In this document: piece after piece, positions 1 through 18,605 of the stretch
Numbering within the stretch: the stretch's first letter is position 1
How the letters are laid out: the number at the start of each line of letters is the position of its first letter
DNA from: the human T2T-CHM13v2.0 reference genome, Homo sapiens
Length of the DNA: 64,000 nt
NCBI RefSeq assembly: GCF_009914755.1
Contig: NC_060947.1
Direction: 5' to 3' (one strand)
Notes under the pieces: model-generated
What the model was told of the DNA's origin: nothing
Seen by the model: the letters and a program-made list of their open reading frames with translations, nothing else
Database searches by the model: none
Program-made: the position numbers and the translations under genes

Positions 1-195
1 AGTGGTTTTTGGTTACATGGATAAATTGTATAGTGGTGAAGTCTGAGATTTTGTACCCATCGTCTGAGTAGTGTCCATTGTACCCAATATGTAGTTTTTT
101 ATCTCTCACCCCCACCCTCCACCTTCTGAGTCTCTGAAGTCCATTATATCACTCTACATGCCTTTGCAAGTCCATTTTATCACTCGACATGCCCT
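1..195 (-). mobile_element. L1PB-type LINE-1 3' UTR fragment
   Basis: TTTTGGTTACATGGATAAATTGTATAGTGGTGAAGTCTGAGATTTT matches L1PB 3' end in antisense. Confidence 0.7.
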
Positions 196-389
196 CATCC
201 GTAAAAGAAAGTCTAAACTTTAAGCCTATTATTGGAAGCTTTTTATAATCTGATCCAAAGTTTTATAACCTTTATCTTCTACGACTTTTCTATACTTGCT
301 CTTTGGTCCAGCTAACCCTGTCTACTTAATGACTTCAGAATGACTTTCCAATTCTCACCTCCAAATTTTGTTGATGTTATTATTCCTAG

Positions 390-625
390 TAGAGTGGCAA
401 AGTGGAAAAAGCATAAATTAAGTTCATTCTCACTCCCCGTTTGGCCACTTATTAGCTATGTGATCCATGTGAGCTTGAGCAGGTCTCTCAATCTTTCTTA
501 ATACTGATTTTCCTATCTTTAAAATGAGAATATTAGTACCTACCTCTATTTTGATAGTTTAATACTCTATTTTAAGTACTAAATGAGATGGCTGATATGT
601 CTGACACATCATTCAGGATAAATAT
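390..625 (+). mobile_element. MIR SINE
   Basis: CCACTTATTAGCTATGTGA...TTTCCTATCTTTAAAATGAGAATATTAGTACCTACCTC core. Confidence 0.65.
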
Positions 626-966
626 TCCTTTCTTATGAGGTTTTATCTTCACTTCTGCCTTGAATTTCCCACCATCTCTAAGCCTTCCTAAATCCTATTC
701 TTCCTTCAGAGTCCCACTCAGGTCCTACATCTTGAAACCTTGTTAAACCACCCACTTCACCACTGAATTGGTCATTAATATCATACTGCTTGATGTTGCT
801 TTTTAACTTTTTACTAGAATATCTTGCCTCCTCAGTGGTCTTGTAAATTCCTGCAGGGGAGGAACTATTTTTGTGTTTATTATACATCAACCACAGTGCA
901 AGTTCATAGTAGATTTTGATAATGTGTTTCTTCATTAGGATGGGGGAACCCAACAAAACTCAATGG

Positions 967-1522
967 CAAGGCCAGCTACATAGCTGTGTGATATGGTTTG
1001 GCTCTGTGTCCCCACCCAAATCTCACCTGGAATTGTAATCCCCATAATCCCCATATGTCAAGGGTGGGACCAGGTGGAGGTAATTGGATCATGGGGGCAG
1101 TTTCCCCCATGCTGCTCTCCTGATAGTGAGTGAGTTCTCACAAGATCTGATGGTTTTATAAGCATCTGGCATTTCCCCTGCTTGTACTCACTCCATCTGC
1201 CACCCCGTGAAAAAAGTGCCTGCTTCTCCTTTGCTTTCCACTATGATTGTAAGTTTCCTGAGGCTTCCTTAGCAATGTGGAACTGTGAATGAATTAAACC
1301 TCTTTCCCTTACAAATTACCCAGTCTCAGGTATTTCTTCATAGCAGTGTGAGAATGGACTAATATAGTGTGCAACCTGTGCAGACAACAGGTTCCTATGT
1401 TCAGAAGGGCCCCAAGCTTGGTTTAATGCTTGGCTGTTACTGTCTTGGAATTCTTAGTAATTTATGAACAAAGGCCTTGCATTTTATCTCACATTAGGCT
1501 TTGTAGTTATGTAGCCAGTCCT
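967..1522 (+). mobile_element. MER45A-type hAT DNA transposon, split by THE1 LTR
   Basis: TCAGAAGGGCCCCAAGCTTGGTTTAATGCT...TTATGTAGCCAGTCCT; halves flank the LTR. Confidence 0.65.
989..1366 (+). mobile_element. THE1C/D solo LTR (MaLR)
   Basis: TGATATGGTTTGGCTCTGTGTCCCCACCCAAATCTC...GGACTAATATA; 5-bp TSD CTGTG/GTGTG. Confidence 0.9.
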
Positions 1523-1724
1523 ATGTGAAGTCTCCCTGATTTGAGGAGACAGAATTCAGAATGCAGAGTAGCCAAGGTAGATAGAATGGAAGTATCATAA
1601 AAGAGAAAGCTATACGGAGAGGGGGCTCCAGAGATGTGCAGAGAGTTCCTCTCAAATCTTCGGCTAAGTACTTATGTGTGCATATGTATAAAGGGACTAC
1701 CCAAGTCTAGAGAAAGAATCACTG

Positions 1725-2032
<308 letters not shown>

Positions 2033-2476
2033 TCACTGGAAGGGAAAAGAGAGAATAATCACCAAAGTTTCTTTATTAATATCAAAGTTGATTTCAAAGT
2101 AAAGACCATTCCCAGATAGAGTTTTTTCATAATGATTAAAGATGACATAATCCTAAATATTTATTTAGCATTATTTATCACGAGGACATAAAAATCCTAG
2201 ATGTTTATATGCCTGATAACAGAGCTGCAAAATACTTGAGGTAAAACTTATAGAACTGGAAAAATAGAAAATTCTACAATTATGATCAGAGATTTCAACA
2301 TACCTACCTCAGAAGTTGATAGAACTAGTAGACATATAAAATCAATAAGGATATAGAATTGAACAACACTATCAACCCACTTGACATTATAAAACATTCT
2401 ACCCAACAACAGCAGAATACACATTATTTTCAAGTACACATGGAAACTTTTAGCAAGATGGAACCTATTCTGGGCC

Positions 2477-3361
2477 TGTTTTAAAATGTAGGTTTAATTA
2501 TTATTCAAATATGGTGAGTCCAACAGAACAGGAGACAATTGCCATTGAAAATATAGTTTGTTCTACTCACAGATCCCAAGAGGAGGGGAAATTCATGTCA
2601 CAGGGGACTACACAGGGAAGTACCAAGGTCAGTCAGAAGGCTCAGGGAGAGGTAGGAACTGTGTGCAAGAGCCTTTATTGTGGGTTTCCTTGAGCGGGAA
2701 TGGTGAGACAGGGCAAGCAGGCTTGAAACTGGCTAATTTAAATAATTTCAGCCTGCTCTGGCCATAGGAGTTTTCTGTCCCTAGTACCTGGCCCTGGGAT
2801 GGTTAGGGCAGACGGGTAGAGTGGCCTGGATTGTAAGAGCTCCATAATGGAGGTGGTTGGGTATGGGCTCTGGATTTGTTGGTTTGCATATGAAAAGCAC
2901 AGTCCCAAGTGAGTTGTTTGCTATCTCTAGGAGCTATCTAGCCCTGGGATTGGCGGCTCCTCTAGGGTCAACAAGGCCCTAAAATGTCAATGCATCAGAA
3001 AATACATAATAGGCTGGGCGTGGTGGCTCACGCCTGTAATCCCAGCACTTTGGGAGGCTGCGGCAGGCAGATTGCTTGAGCTCAGGAGTTCAAGACCAGC
3101 CTGGTGGGCAACATGGTGAAACCCTATCTCTACCAAAAAATACGAAAAAAAAAATTAGCCCGGCATGGTGGCCTGTGCCTGTAGTCCCAGCTACTCATAG
3201 GCTGAGGTGGGAGGAGTGGTTGAGCCAGGGAGGTCGAGGCTGCAGTGAGCCAAGATCCTGCTACTGTACTCCAGCTTGGGTAATGGAGTGAGATCCTGTC
3301 TCAGAAAAATAAATAAATAAATAAATAAATATATATAAAATAAAAAGGCATGATTAATACA
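2477..3361 (-). mobile_element. ERVL-type solo LTR (MER76-like) inside L1M, itself carrying an Alu
   Basis: TG...CA termini with perfect 5-bp TSD GGGCC (2472-2476, 3362-3366); L1 text ATTCTGGGCC|ATAAAACAAGTCTC rejoins across it. Confidence 0.75.
3012..3335 (+). mobile_element. AluJ
   Basis: Dimer with J-type TTGAGCTCAGGAGTT and GAGGTCGAGGCTGCAG; (AAAT)n tail. Confidence 0.9.
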
Positions 3362-4135
3362 GGGCCATAAAACAAGTCTCAATAAAATTAAAATTATTCT
3401 TATTCAAAGTATGTTCTCTGACTACAATGGAATTAGACATCAATAGCAGATATCCAGAAAATCTCCAAATATTTAGAAATTAAACAATATACTTAAACAA
3501 TATACTTTTATATAGCTAATGGCTGAGGGGAAAAAACAAAGGAGATTAAAAAGTATTTTGAACTGAATGAAAATGAAAATATAACATATCAAAGTTTATG
3601 GCATACAGGTGAAGCAGTTCTTGGAGGAAAATTTATGATTTCGCATTGAAGGCTTATATTAGAAAAGACAGATTTTCCCATAAATGGCTTAAGTTTCTAC
3701 CTTAAGAAATAATAAAGAGCAGAAACTAATGAGACAGAAAACATAAAACTGAAAAATCAATGGAACTAAAAGCTGTTATTTGAAAACAATAAAACAAATT
3801 GATAAATCCATCGTTAGGTCGATCAGGAAAATGGAAAGAAAACTATCAGAACCAGTAATAATAGAGGGAAAATCACTATAGATCCAATAGACGTTAAATA
3901 GTTAGTAATGAAATATCAAAAACAACTTTATACCAATAAATTAGACAACTGAGATGTAATGGGCAAATTTCTTTAGTGAGCTTTGATAGTTTGGTCATTA
4001 AAGAAGTAGATAGCCCGAGTTTCCCTATATCTATTAAATAAATTAAATTTGTGGTTAAAACCATTCCCACAAAGAAAACTTCAGGCCCAGATACCCTCAA
4101 TGGGGGAATTCTACACATAATATTCCAGAAAATAA

Positions 4136-4460
<325 letters not shown>

Positions 4461-5817
4461 TAACTCATTCTATGAGGCCAGCATTACCCTGATACCCAAA
4501 GCAGACAAAATCATTACAAAAAACAAACAAACAAAAAAAAACTATAGACCAATATCTCATATGAATATAGATACAAAACTTAAAATTTGAACAAGTTGAA
4601 TCCAGCAATATGTAAAAAGAATAATACAGCATGACTAAGTGGGATTTATCCCAGGAAAGCAAATGTTGGTTTAACATTTGAAAACCAATCAGTTGTAATT
4701 TACTGTATTAACAGATTAAGAAAAACCATATTATCTCAATAGATGCAAAAAAAAATTTTGACAAAATTCAGCATGCATTCATAAAAGCTCTAAGAAAACT
4801 AGGAATAGTGTGCAACATACTAAGCCCAATAAAGGACATCTACAAAAGCCTTCAGTCTTTACGGTGAAAGACTGAATGCATTCCCCATAAGATTATAAAT
4901 AAGGCAAAAATGTCCACTCTTAATACTCCTATTCTACATTGTACTGAGTGTCTTAACCCATACTTTAAATCAATTAAAAGAAATTAAAGGCATACAGATT
5001 GGAAAGGAAGAAATAACATTGTCTTTATTAACAGACAATATAATCATCTATATAGGAAACCCTAGGGAATCTACAAAAAAAATCAAACTAGAAATGATTG
5101 TCAACTAATTTTATTTCTATATACTAGCCACAAACCATCAAAAACAAATTTAAAAGATGCCACTTGTAATAGCATCAAAAATATGAAGTACTTAGGGATA
5201 AATTTGGCAAAATACATGAGTTATACAGTAAAAATTATAAAATATTTCTGAAAGAAGACTTGAATGAATGAGGAGATATATACCGTGTTCGTGGATTAGA
5301 AGGCTCAATATCGTTAAGATGTCACCTGTTCCCAAATTCATTTAGAGATTCAGGACAATCTCAATCAAAATCTCAGCAGGCTTTTTTGAAGAAGTTGACA
5401 AGCTGATTCTAAAGTGCATATGGAAACACAAATGACCTAGAATACCCAAAACAATTTTGAAAAAAGAACAAAGCTGGAAGACCTACATTACCTGATTTCA
5501 AGACTTACTATAAAGCTAAAGTAAGGAAGACAATGTGGTAAGGTAAATATATACTTTTAGATCAATGAAACCAGAATAGAGTCCAGAATAAAGTCACATA
5601 TAAAACATCAATTGATTTTTTTTTAAAAAAAGGTGCCAAGTCAGCTAATAAGAACATTTCCAACAAATAGTGCTGAATAGTGCTGAAACAATTAGCCATA
5701 TGCAACAAAAAAACTTGCAACTTTTACCTCATACCAGATGTAGAATTTAAGTAAAAAATATAAGAGCTAAAATTGTAACGCTTCTAGAAGAAAATAGGGA
5801 AAATTTTAGGCAAAGAC

Positions 5818-5975
5818 TTTTTGTTAAAAAAGATTTTTTTCTCTTTTTTAAAATTTAAGAGAAGGGATCTTACTATGTTGTGCAGGCTGGACTCAAACTT
5901 CTGGGCTCAAGTAATCCTACCACCTCAGCCTCCAGAGTAGCAGAGACTACAGGTACATGCCACCATGCCTGACTC
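5818..5975 (-). mobile_element. FLAM (free Alu monomer)
   Basis: Single monomer; flanking repeat CAAAGACTT. Confidence 0.75.
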
Positions 5976-6067
5976 CAAAGACTTCTTAAGGGGATATTAA
6001 AAGCACTAAATATTTTGATAAATTGGACTCAATAAAATTGAAAAACTATTCTTTAAAAGTCAGCTAT

Positions 6068-6357
6068 GGCCGGGCGTGGTGGCTCACACCTGTAGTCCCA
6101 GCACTCTGGGAGGCTGAGGCGGGAGGATCACCTGGGTTAGGAGTTCGAGACCAGCTTGGCTAACATGGTGAAAACCTGTCACTACTAAAAATACAAAAAA
6201 TTAGCCGGGCATGGTGGTGCACGCCTGTAATCCCAGCTACTCAAGAGGCTGAGGCAGGAGAATCGCTTGAACCCGGGAAGCAGAGGTTGGAGTGGGCCAG
6301 GATTGCGTCACTGCACTCCAGCCTGGGTGACAGAGTGAGACTCCGTCTCAAAAAAAA
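6068..6357 (+). mobile_element. AluS
   Basis: Full dimer; TSD AAAAGTCAGCTA. Confidence 0.95.
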
Positions 6358-6613
6358 GTCAGCTACAAAGATAAAAAGGCAAGCCACAGTCTGGGAGAAG
6401 ATATTTGCAAGACATAGATCTGACAAAGGACTTGAATATAAAACGTGAAGAAACTCTCCTAACTCAATAAGAAGACAAGCAATATAATTTAAAAGCTGGC
6501 AAAAAATTTGAACAGGTACTTTATCAGAGAAAACATAAAGATAGCAAATAAGCAATGAAAATATCCTCAATATCAATTATTATGGAAATGTAAATTAAAA
6601 CTCAATGAGATAC

Positions 6614-7202
<589 letters not shown>

Positions 7203-7774
7203 TCACTGCATACGTATTAGAATAGTTAAATTTTAAAAGATGTGTTGGCAAGGATGTGGCACACCAGAAACTCTCATGCTGCTGCTGGTGGGAATGGAAA
7301 ATGGTGCAATGACTTTAGAAAAGCTTGGTGGTTTCTTATAAAGTTAAACACATACCAAGAAAACCACACAGAAATTCCACTCCTAGGTATTTGCCCAAGA
7401 GAAATGAAAGCATATGCCTATACAAAGACTTGTACAGTAATATTCATAATAGCTTTATCTGTAATAGCCCTGAACTAGAAACAACTCAAATATCCTACAA
7501 GTCAATGGATAGACAAGTTACGGAATATTATTCAGGAACAAAAAGGAATAAACTATTGATACACATAGCAACTTGGATGAATCCCAAAATAATTGGTCAG
7601 TGCAATGAAAGAATCCAGACACAAAAGATTTCATTTATATAAAACTAGAAAATGTAAACTATTAAGTAGTGAAAAGAAGCAGATCAGTTACTGTGAATGG
7701 ACAAAGGGATAGGGGAAGGGAGAAATTACAAAGGATCATGAAGACATACTTGTTATTTCAATTGTGCTGATGGG

Positions 7775-7777
<3 letters not shown>

Positions 7778-7821
<44 letters not shown>
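7778..7821. repeat. (TA)n microsatellite
   Basis: About 22 TA units. Confidence 0.95.
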
Positions 7822-7823
<2 letters not shown>

Positions 7824-8302
7824 AATACATCTATGAAACCATCAGCATGTATGTGTATATAAATATATATATACACACAATATGTTAATGCATCAAATTA
7901 TACTTTTGAAATATGTGCAATTTATGTTTATATCAATTATACTTCAATTAAGCTGAAAATAAAGGGAGGTGATTATATCAACTCTTTTTTTTTTAGAGTG
8001 ATTGCAAAGTTATACCACTTTCATTTCATTTCACAATCATTTCACATGTGTTGTTATTCCAATTACAATTCTAATGTTACTTTAGATTTTTTTTTTAATT
8101 ATACTTTAAGTTTCAGGGTACATGTGCACAACGTGCAGGTTTGTTACATATGTATACATGTGCTATGTTGGTGTGGTGCACCCATTGACTCGTCATTTAA
8201 CATTAGGTGTATCTCCTAATGCTATCCCTCCCCCCTCCCCCCACCCCACAACAATCCCGAGAGTGTGATGTTCCCCTTCCTGTGTCCATGTATTCTCATT
8301 GT

Positions 8303-12123
<3,821 letters not shown>

Positions 12124-12186
12124 TATGATGTCAGCTGGTGATTTTGCTCGTTAGTTGATGCAGTTTCTTCCTAGCCTCGATGGTCT

Positions 12187-13203
12187 TTACAATTTGGCAT
12201 GTTTTTGCAGTGGCTGGTACTGGTTGTTCCTTTCCATGTTTAGTGCTTCCTTCAGGAGCTCTTTTAGGGCAGACCTGGTGGTGAGAAAATCTCTCAGCAT
12301 TTGCTTGTCTGTAAAGGATTTTATTTCTCCTTCACTTATGAAGCTTAATTTGGCTGGATATGAAATTCTGGGTTGAAAATTCTTTTCTTTAAGAATGTTG
12401 AATATTGGCCCCCACTCTCTTCTGGCTTGTAGAGTTTCTGCGGAGAGATCCGCTGTTAGTCTGATGGGCTTCCCTTTGTGGGTAACCTGACCTCTCTCTC
12501 TGGCTGCCCTTAACATTTTTTCCTTCATTTCAACTTTGGTGAATCTGACAATTATGTGTCTTGGAGTTGCTCTTCTCGAGGAGTATCTTTGTGGTGTTCT
12601 CTGTATTTCCTGAATTTGAATGTTGGCCTGCCTTGCTAGATTGGGGAAGTTCTCCTGGATAATATCCTGCAGAGTGTTTTCCAACTTGGTTCCATTCTCC
12701 CCATCACTTTTAGGTACACCAATCAAACATAGATTTGGTCTTTTCACATAGTCTCATATTTCTTGGAGGCTTTGTTCATTTCTTTTTATTCTCTTTTCTC
12801 TAAACTTCTCTTCTCACTTCATTTCATTCATTTGATCTTCCATCACTGATACCCTTTCTTCCAGTTGATCGAATCGGCTACTGAGGCTCGTGCATTAGTC
12901 ACGTAGTTCTCGTGCCGTTGTTTTCAGCTCCATCAGGTCCTTTAAGGACTGCTCTGCATTGGTTATTCTAGTTAGCCATTCGTCTAATCTTTTTTCAAGG
13001 TTTTTAACTTCTTTGCCATGGGTTCGAACTTCCTCCTTTAGCTCGGAGTAGTTTGATCGTCTGAAGCCTTCTTCTCTCAACTCGTCAAAGTCATTCTCCA
13101 TCCAGCTTTGTTCCATTGCTGGTGAGGAGCTGCGTTCCTTTGGAGGAGGAGAGGCACTCTGATTTTTAGAATTTTCAGTTTTTCTGCTCTGTTTTTTCCC
13201 CAT
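12187..13203 (-). pseudogene. L1 ORF1p, disrupted
   Basis: MGKKQSRKTENSK...QPLQKHAKL; in-frame stops at 12895-12897, 12814-12816 and 12754-12756. Confidence 0.95.
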
Positions 13204-14249
13204 CTTTGTGGTTTTATCTACCTTTGGTCTTTGATGATGGTGACATACCGATGGGGTTTTGGTGTGGATGTCCTTTCTGTTTGTTAGTTTTCCTTCTAAC
13301 AGTCAGGACCCTCAGCTGCAGGTCTGTTGGATTTTGCTGGAGGTCCACTCCAGACCCTGTTTGCCTGGGTATCAGCAGTGGAGGCTGCAAAACAGTGGAT
13401 ATTGGTGAACCGCAAATGTTGCTGCCTGATCGTTCCTCTGGAAGTTTTGTCTCAGAGGAGTACCCAGCCGTGTGAGGTGTCAGTCTTCCCCTACTGGGGG
13501 GTGCCTCCCAGTTAGGCTACTCAGGGGTCAGGGACCCACTTGAGGAGGCAGTCTGTCCGTTCTCAGATCTCCAGCTGCGTGCTGGGAGAACCACTACTCT
13601 CTTCAAAGCTGTCAGATAGGGACATTTAAGTCTGCAGAGGATTCTGCTGTCTTTTGTTTGGCTATGCCCTGCCCCCAGAGGTGGAGTCTAGAGAGGCAGG
13701 CAGGCCTCCTTGAGCTGCAGTGGGCTCCACCCAGTTGGAGCTTCCCAGCCACTTTGTTTACCTACTCACGCCTCGGCAATGGCAGGTTCCCCTTCCCCAG
13801 CCTCACTGCTGCCTTGCAGTTTGATCTCAGACTGCAGTGCTAGCAATGAGTGAGGCTCTGTGGACGTAGGACCCTCCAAGCCAGGCACAGGATACAATAT
13901 CCTGGTGTGCCGTTTGTTAAGACCATTGGAAAAGTATAGTATTAGGGTGGGAGTGACCCGATTTTCCAGGTGCCGTCTGTCACCCCTTTCCTTGGCTAGG
14001 AAAGGGAATTCCCTGACCCCTTGCACTTCCCAGGTGAGGCGATGCCTCTCCCTGCTTTGGCTCACACTCGGTGCGCTGCACCCACTGTCCTGCACCCACT
14101 GTCTGACACTCCCCAGTGAGATGAATCCAGTACCTCAGTTGGAAATGCAGAAATCATTCATCTTCTGCATCGCTCATGCTGGGAGCTGTAGACTGGAGCT
14201 GTTCCTGTTCGGCCATCTTGGCTCCCTAGATCCCAACTCTCTTTAAAAA

Positions 14250-15072
14250 GAAATCTGATAATTCTAATGCTATTCAAATTGCTGTAGACTATAGAAAAAA
14301 TTTTTAAAATGTTTATATATAAAGTTGGACTAAATTCTGATAAATATTGCAAATACATACATACAGTATCACAGTCTAATCTCAGTTACGTATTTTGAGG
14401 CAAAAATTCCGAATAAAATATGAGCAAACAATGTAGCAGCATATTGATCAAATTAATGACTAAGTACATTTTACTCAGGATTAAGAAAAATTCAATATTA
14501 GTAAATTTTTAAAATATTATTTGTCATACTAATAGATCTGGTGGGAGACGAAGTGATCCTCTCTCTAGATACTGAAAAAGTATTTGGTAGAAATTAGCCA
14601 CTATTTTTTGCCACTATTTTTGATAGAAAAAAATACACATAAAAAATAGGAAGATATAGACTCTTTAAGATGTGCACCCACACACATAGCTATCTTTGGT
14701 CAAAAGCCAGCATATTACTTAAATGGAAAAAGGCTAGAGCCTTTCTCATTAAAGTCAAGATCAAGACAAAGAAAACCATTATTTGTCACTGTATTTGAGG
14801 TACTACTGAGCACAATTAGATGGGGAAAGAAAACAGAAGTATAAAAATTGAGAAGAGGTAAACTATCAAAAGAATCAATGGAAAAATGATTACCAATACA
14901 GAATTTAGTAAAGCAGCAGGGTAAAAATTTAATAAACAGCCATATGTCCAAAGAAAAATGAAAAGAAATGACCACGCTTACAAAAGTAACAAAAATTCTC
15001 CATTACCTAGGAATGAAATTCTCAAGAAATATTAATATACAATATCTATGAAAGCAAAACTTTGAAGGACTC

Positions 15073-15123
<51 letters not shown>

Positions 15124-16930
15124 CATGTTCTTCATGAAGAATTGCCTTCATAAAGATTTTTTAATAAGAAAAAGACAATTCTTCAAAAATGGGCAAAAGA
15201 CCTGTAGCATTTCACAAGGTAAAATACAAATACCCAATACAAGTATGAAAAGATCCTCAATTTCATGGGTTATCAGAGAAATACAAATTAAAGCCAAAAT
15301 GAAATACTATGTACCTGCAAGATTGGCAAAAATGACTGTCTGACAATATCATGTTCACAAAGATAAAGAATAAGGAGAACCCTCATAACCAAGGGTAGGA
15401 GTCTAAATTGCCAGAACTGTGGCACTTAGAAAAGTACAGTTTGTCATTGTCTTCTAAAGCTGGAAATTTATATTTTCTCCAGATTATAAACAAACCATTC
15501 AGAAACTTGCCCACTTATGTACCAAGACACAAGTAAAAGAATAGCAGCATTGTTTCTGATAGCCCCAGATTGGAAACAACCCAAATTTCCATCAACAATA
15601 AAATGATACATTAAAGTGGTGTATTCTTACAGTGGAATACTGCACAGCAGTAGAAATGAATGAACTAGAGCTACATGAACAACCCGATGAATGGCACAAA
15701 GCAATATTTTGCATTCTCACAAAAGAATATGTATAATATGTTTCCTTTTAGAGAATGTCAAACTAAATTACCACATAGATGATGAAATTATATGAAAGTG
15801 AGAAAGTGATTATAATAAAAGCCAGGTTCCTTTTAGGGCAAAGGAAAGGAAATAGTAAGGAAGACTTGGATGCTTAGACTGTCCTTTTGTCCCTTTTTTT
15901 TTTTTAACCCAAATGATATTTAGACAGGTGTCCACTTTATAATGTTTCATTATGCCTCCTATTTTTTTGTGTACTTTTTGCCAAGTTATTTCAGAATTTC
16001 AAAGGAAAAAACCCCCCTACAATAGTAAGATGTGCTAAGTATATAAAAAGATACCAAGAAAAAAGGAATGGCAGATGGTTCTTAAATATGAGACAAGATG
16101 CTCAGCCTCACTTGTAAAAAAATAGATGCAAATTAAAATTATATTCAGATACCACTTTTTGCTTATAAGATTGGCAAAAATCCATAGCACGCCTTGTTAG
16201 TGAGGCTGTGGGAAACAGACATCCTCATATATTAAATCTGCATGATCCCTGTGGAGGGTAATTTGGCAATATCTATTAAATTACAGATGCATATTACCAT
16301 TTCATCCAGTAATCCAATTTTTGGGAATTTCATGTAAAGTACACCTCCTTATGTCTAAAATGATTTATGTACAGTATTATTCAAGCATTATTTGTAACAG
16401 CAAGTAAATGAAAACCACTCAAATGCCCATCAATTGAGAACTGGTTACATAAATTATGGTACAGCTGTACGAGGGAATCCATGCAGCTAGAGCAAGGCAA
16501 TGAGGAGGGTCTGTATGTACTGACATGTAAAACTCTCTAGGATGCATTATCAAACAAAGGGAAAGATGCAGAACATTGTATATAGAGGCTACCTTTGTTT
16601 GTACGTGTGTAACAACTCTGGAGGGATATACATAACAGTGAAAGATGATAACTATAGGAGGGCAGGGAGTGGAAAATAAGTGAGAGATGGAAGTGGGAAG
16701 GAGACTTCTGCTATATAACCTTTATATATAATACACATATATAATATATACATACAAAATATGTAAATTATATAATTTTATATATAAATATAAAACTATA
16801 TAATTATGTATATTCTATATAAAATTATATATTATATGATAGATTATATATTTATAATATATTAAATTACATATTTTATATAGTGTATTTAAATGTTTGA
16901 AACAAGTAGATATAATATTAATTCAAAAAG
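14250..16930 (+). mobile_element. L1ME-type fragments (two 3' ends) with (TA)/(TG) microsatellite 15073-15122 and AT-rich tract ~16720-16880
   Basis: TGGAAACAACCCAAATTTCCATCAACA, AATTTGGCAATATCTATTAAATTACAGATGCATA and similar L1ME motifs. Confidence 0.7.
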
Positions 16931-16934
16931 TTAA

Positions 16935-17097
16935 TTTTTTTTTTTTTTGAGACAGAGTCTCGCTCTGTCTCCCAGGCTAGAGTGCAGTGGCACTATCTCA
17001 GCTCATTGTAACCTCTGCCTCCTGGGTTCAAGTGATTCTTGTGCCTCAGCCTCCTGAGTAGCTGGGATTACAGGCATGTGCTACCATGCCCAGCTAA
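16935..17097 (-). mobile_element. 5'-truncated Alu (right arm)
   Basis: polyT-GAGACAGAGTCTCGCTCTG...ATGCCCAGCTAAT. Confidence 0.9.
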
Positions 17098-18119
17098 TAA
17101 AAAACTTAAATTCTCAAAGGAAAAAATATATATACACAAAAATGTTTACCGATGGAACCATAAGTCTGTTGGTGTTTGGGGATGGAGAAGAGACAAATGA
17201 CTTCACACTCAGGTGAACAGGACCAAGTCTGTGAAAATAAAATGACACAACTCTAATAACCAAAAAGTCACTGGAAGGTTCTTGGATAACACTGAAATAC
17301 CATTAAGAGCCCTTGATACCTTGTGGCAAAGGGGGAATCAACAGTCATTGATTGATAAAAGTTACTAGGAAAATTGTTTCCTTTTTATACCCCATTAAAG
17401 TTGAGTCTGCTCACTAAACCTTTGCAATTGTGAAGCGTATCAAAGGATACAGAGTTGTGTCTGCATTTCCTATTTAGTTAAACTTGAAGTTTCATTATTC
17501 TTTAATTGAATGATACATCGCCAGAAGTTAAGTAATTTCTCTTAGATATCAGTAGAAAGCTTATTTACTGATAGACATTAGCATCTTAGTAACATTTATG
17601 ATTGATGAGTCAATTCCACTAACATTTCCTTGCTTGGAAAATTCTATGATCTGGTCCAAGAAATTTCTCAATCTCTACCTCTTTTAATTCTATTATATGT
17701 AACATGTCAGGCAATTTTCTTGTGTAGACATTTTTCATTTTAAAACTGCATCATGTCGTCTTTTAAAAATTTTCAGTGACAATCATGAAACCAAATTTAA
17801 GTTAAAATTCAACCATGTCTGATATTACAAATGCAAATACCACCAACATAATGTTTAAATGGTCAGATCATTTCTATACATGGCATAGACAATCACAATC
17901 ACATCACAACTTGCTGCTTTGCCTAAAGGCTGGCAAATTTTCTTAAACATGTATTGCCATTTGGGAATTGTTAAAATATTTTAATGCCTCATATTATTGA
18001 GAAGATATGTTCAAGACTTGTTAAAGTGAATTTACGTAATTTTCATCAGTACCTTTAGGATATAGTTTAGGGAATAGGTAGTAAATTTCAAAGTTTGTAG
18101 GTGAATTGACTGAATAACA

Positions 18120-18605
18120 TCATTTAAGATTGTGTTTAGCTGCATATGGCCTAACTGTGGTGATATGTCCAAATAGGGGTATATTTCTCACATCGGTGGA
18201 ATTCAGAGGTTGGCAATCTGATCTGCAAGCAATGTCCTAGGATCCTTCCACTTTGAACTCCACCATCCTTAGAGTGTGGTTTTCCATACTGTGCTTGTTA
18301 CCCAGTGAATATGTGATGGTGACTCCATCACCAGCCTTATGTCTGCATTCCAGCAAGAAAGCATCAACAAGACAGGGAGGTGGGGGTAGCAGCCATATCA
18401 GAATATCAGTCACATTCCCAGAAACCCCTTGTTGACATCTGTTCAGGTCCCATCAGCTACAATGTGTCACCTGGCCTTACTTCACTGCAAGGGAATCTGG
18501 AAGGGTATTTTTAGCTAGGCACGCTGCCTTCCAGAACAGAAGTCTGTGTCATCAAAGAGAAAATGGGCATTGAGTATAGGTATCTAGCAGTATCTTCCCT
18601 GTCAC
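18120..18605 (-). mobile_element. Old MLT1 (J/K-like) LTR
   Basis: CCACCATCCTTAGAGTGTGG, TCTGCATTCCAGCAAG, CTGCAAGGGAATCTGG motifs. Confidence 0.55.
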
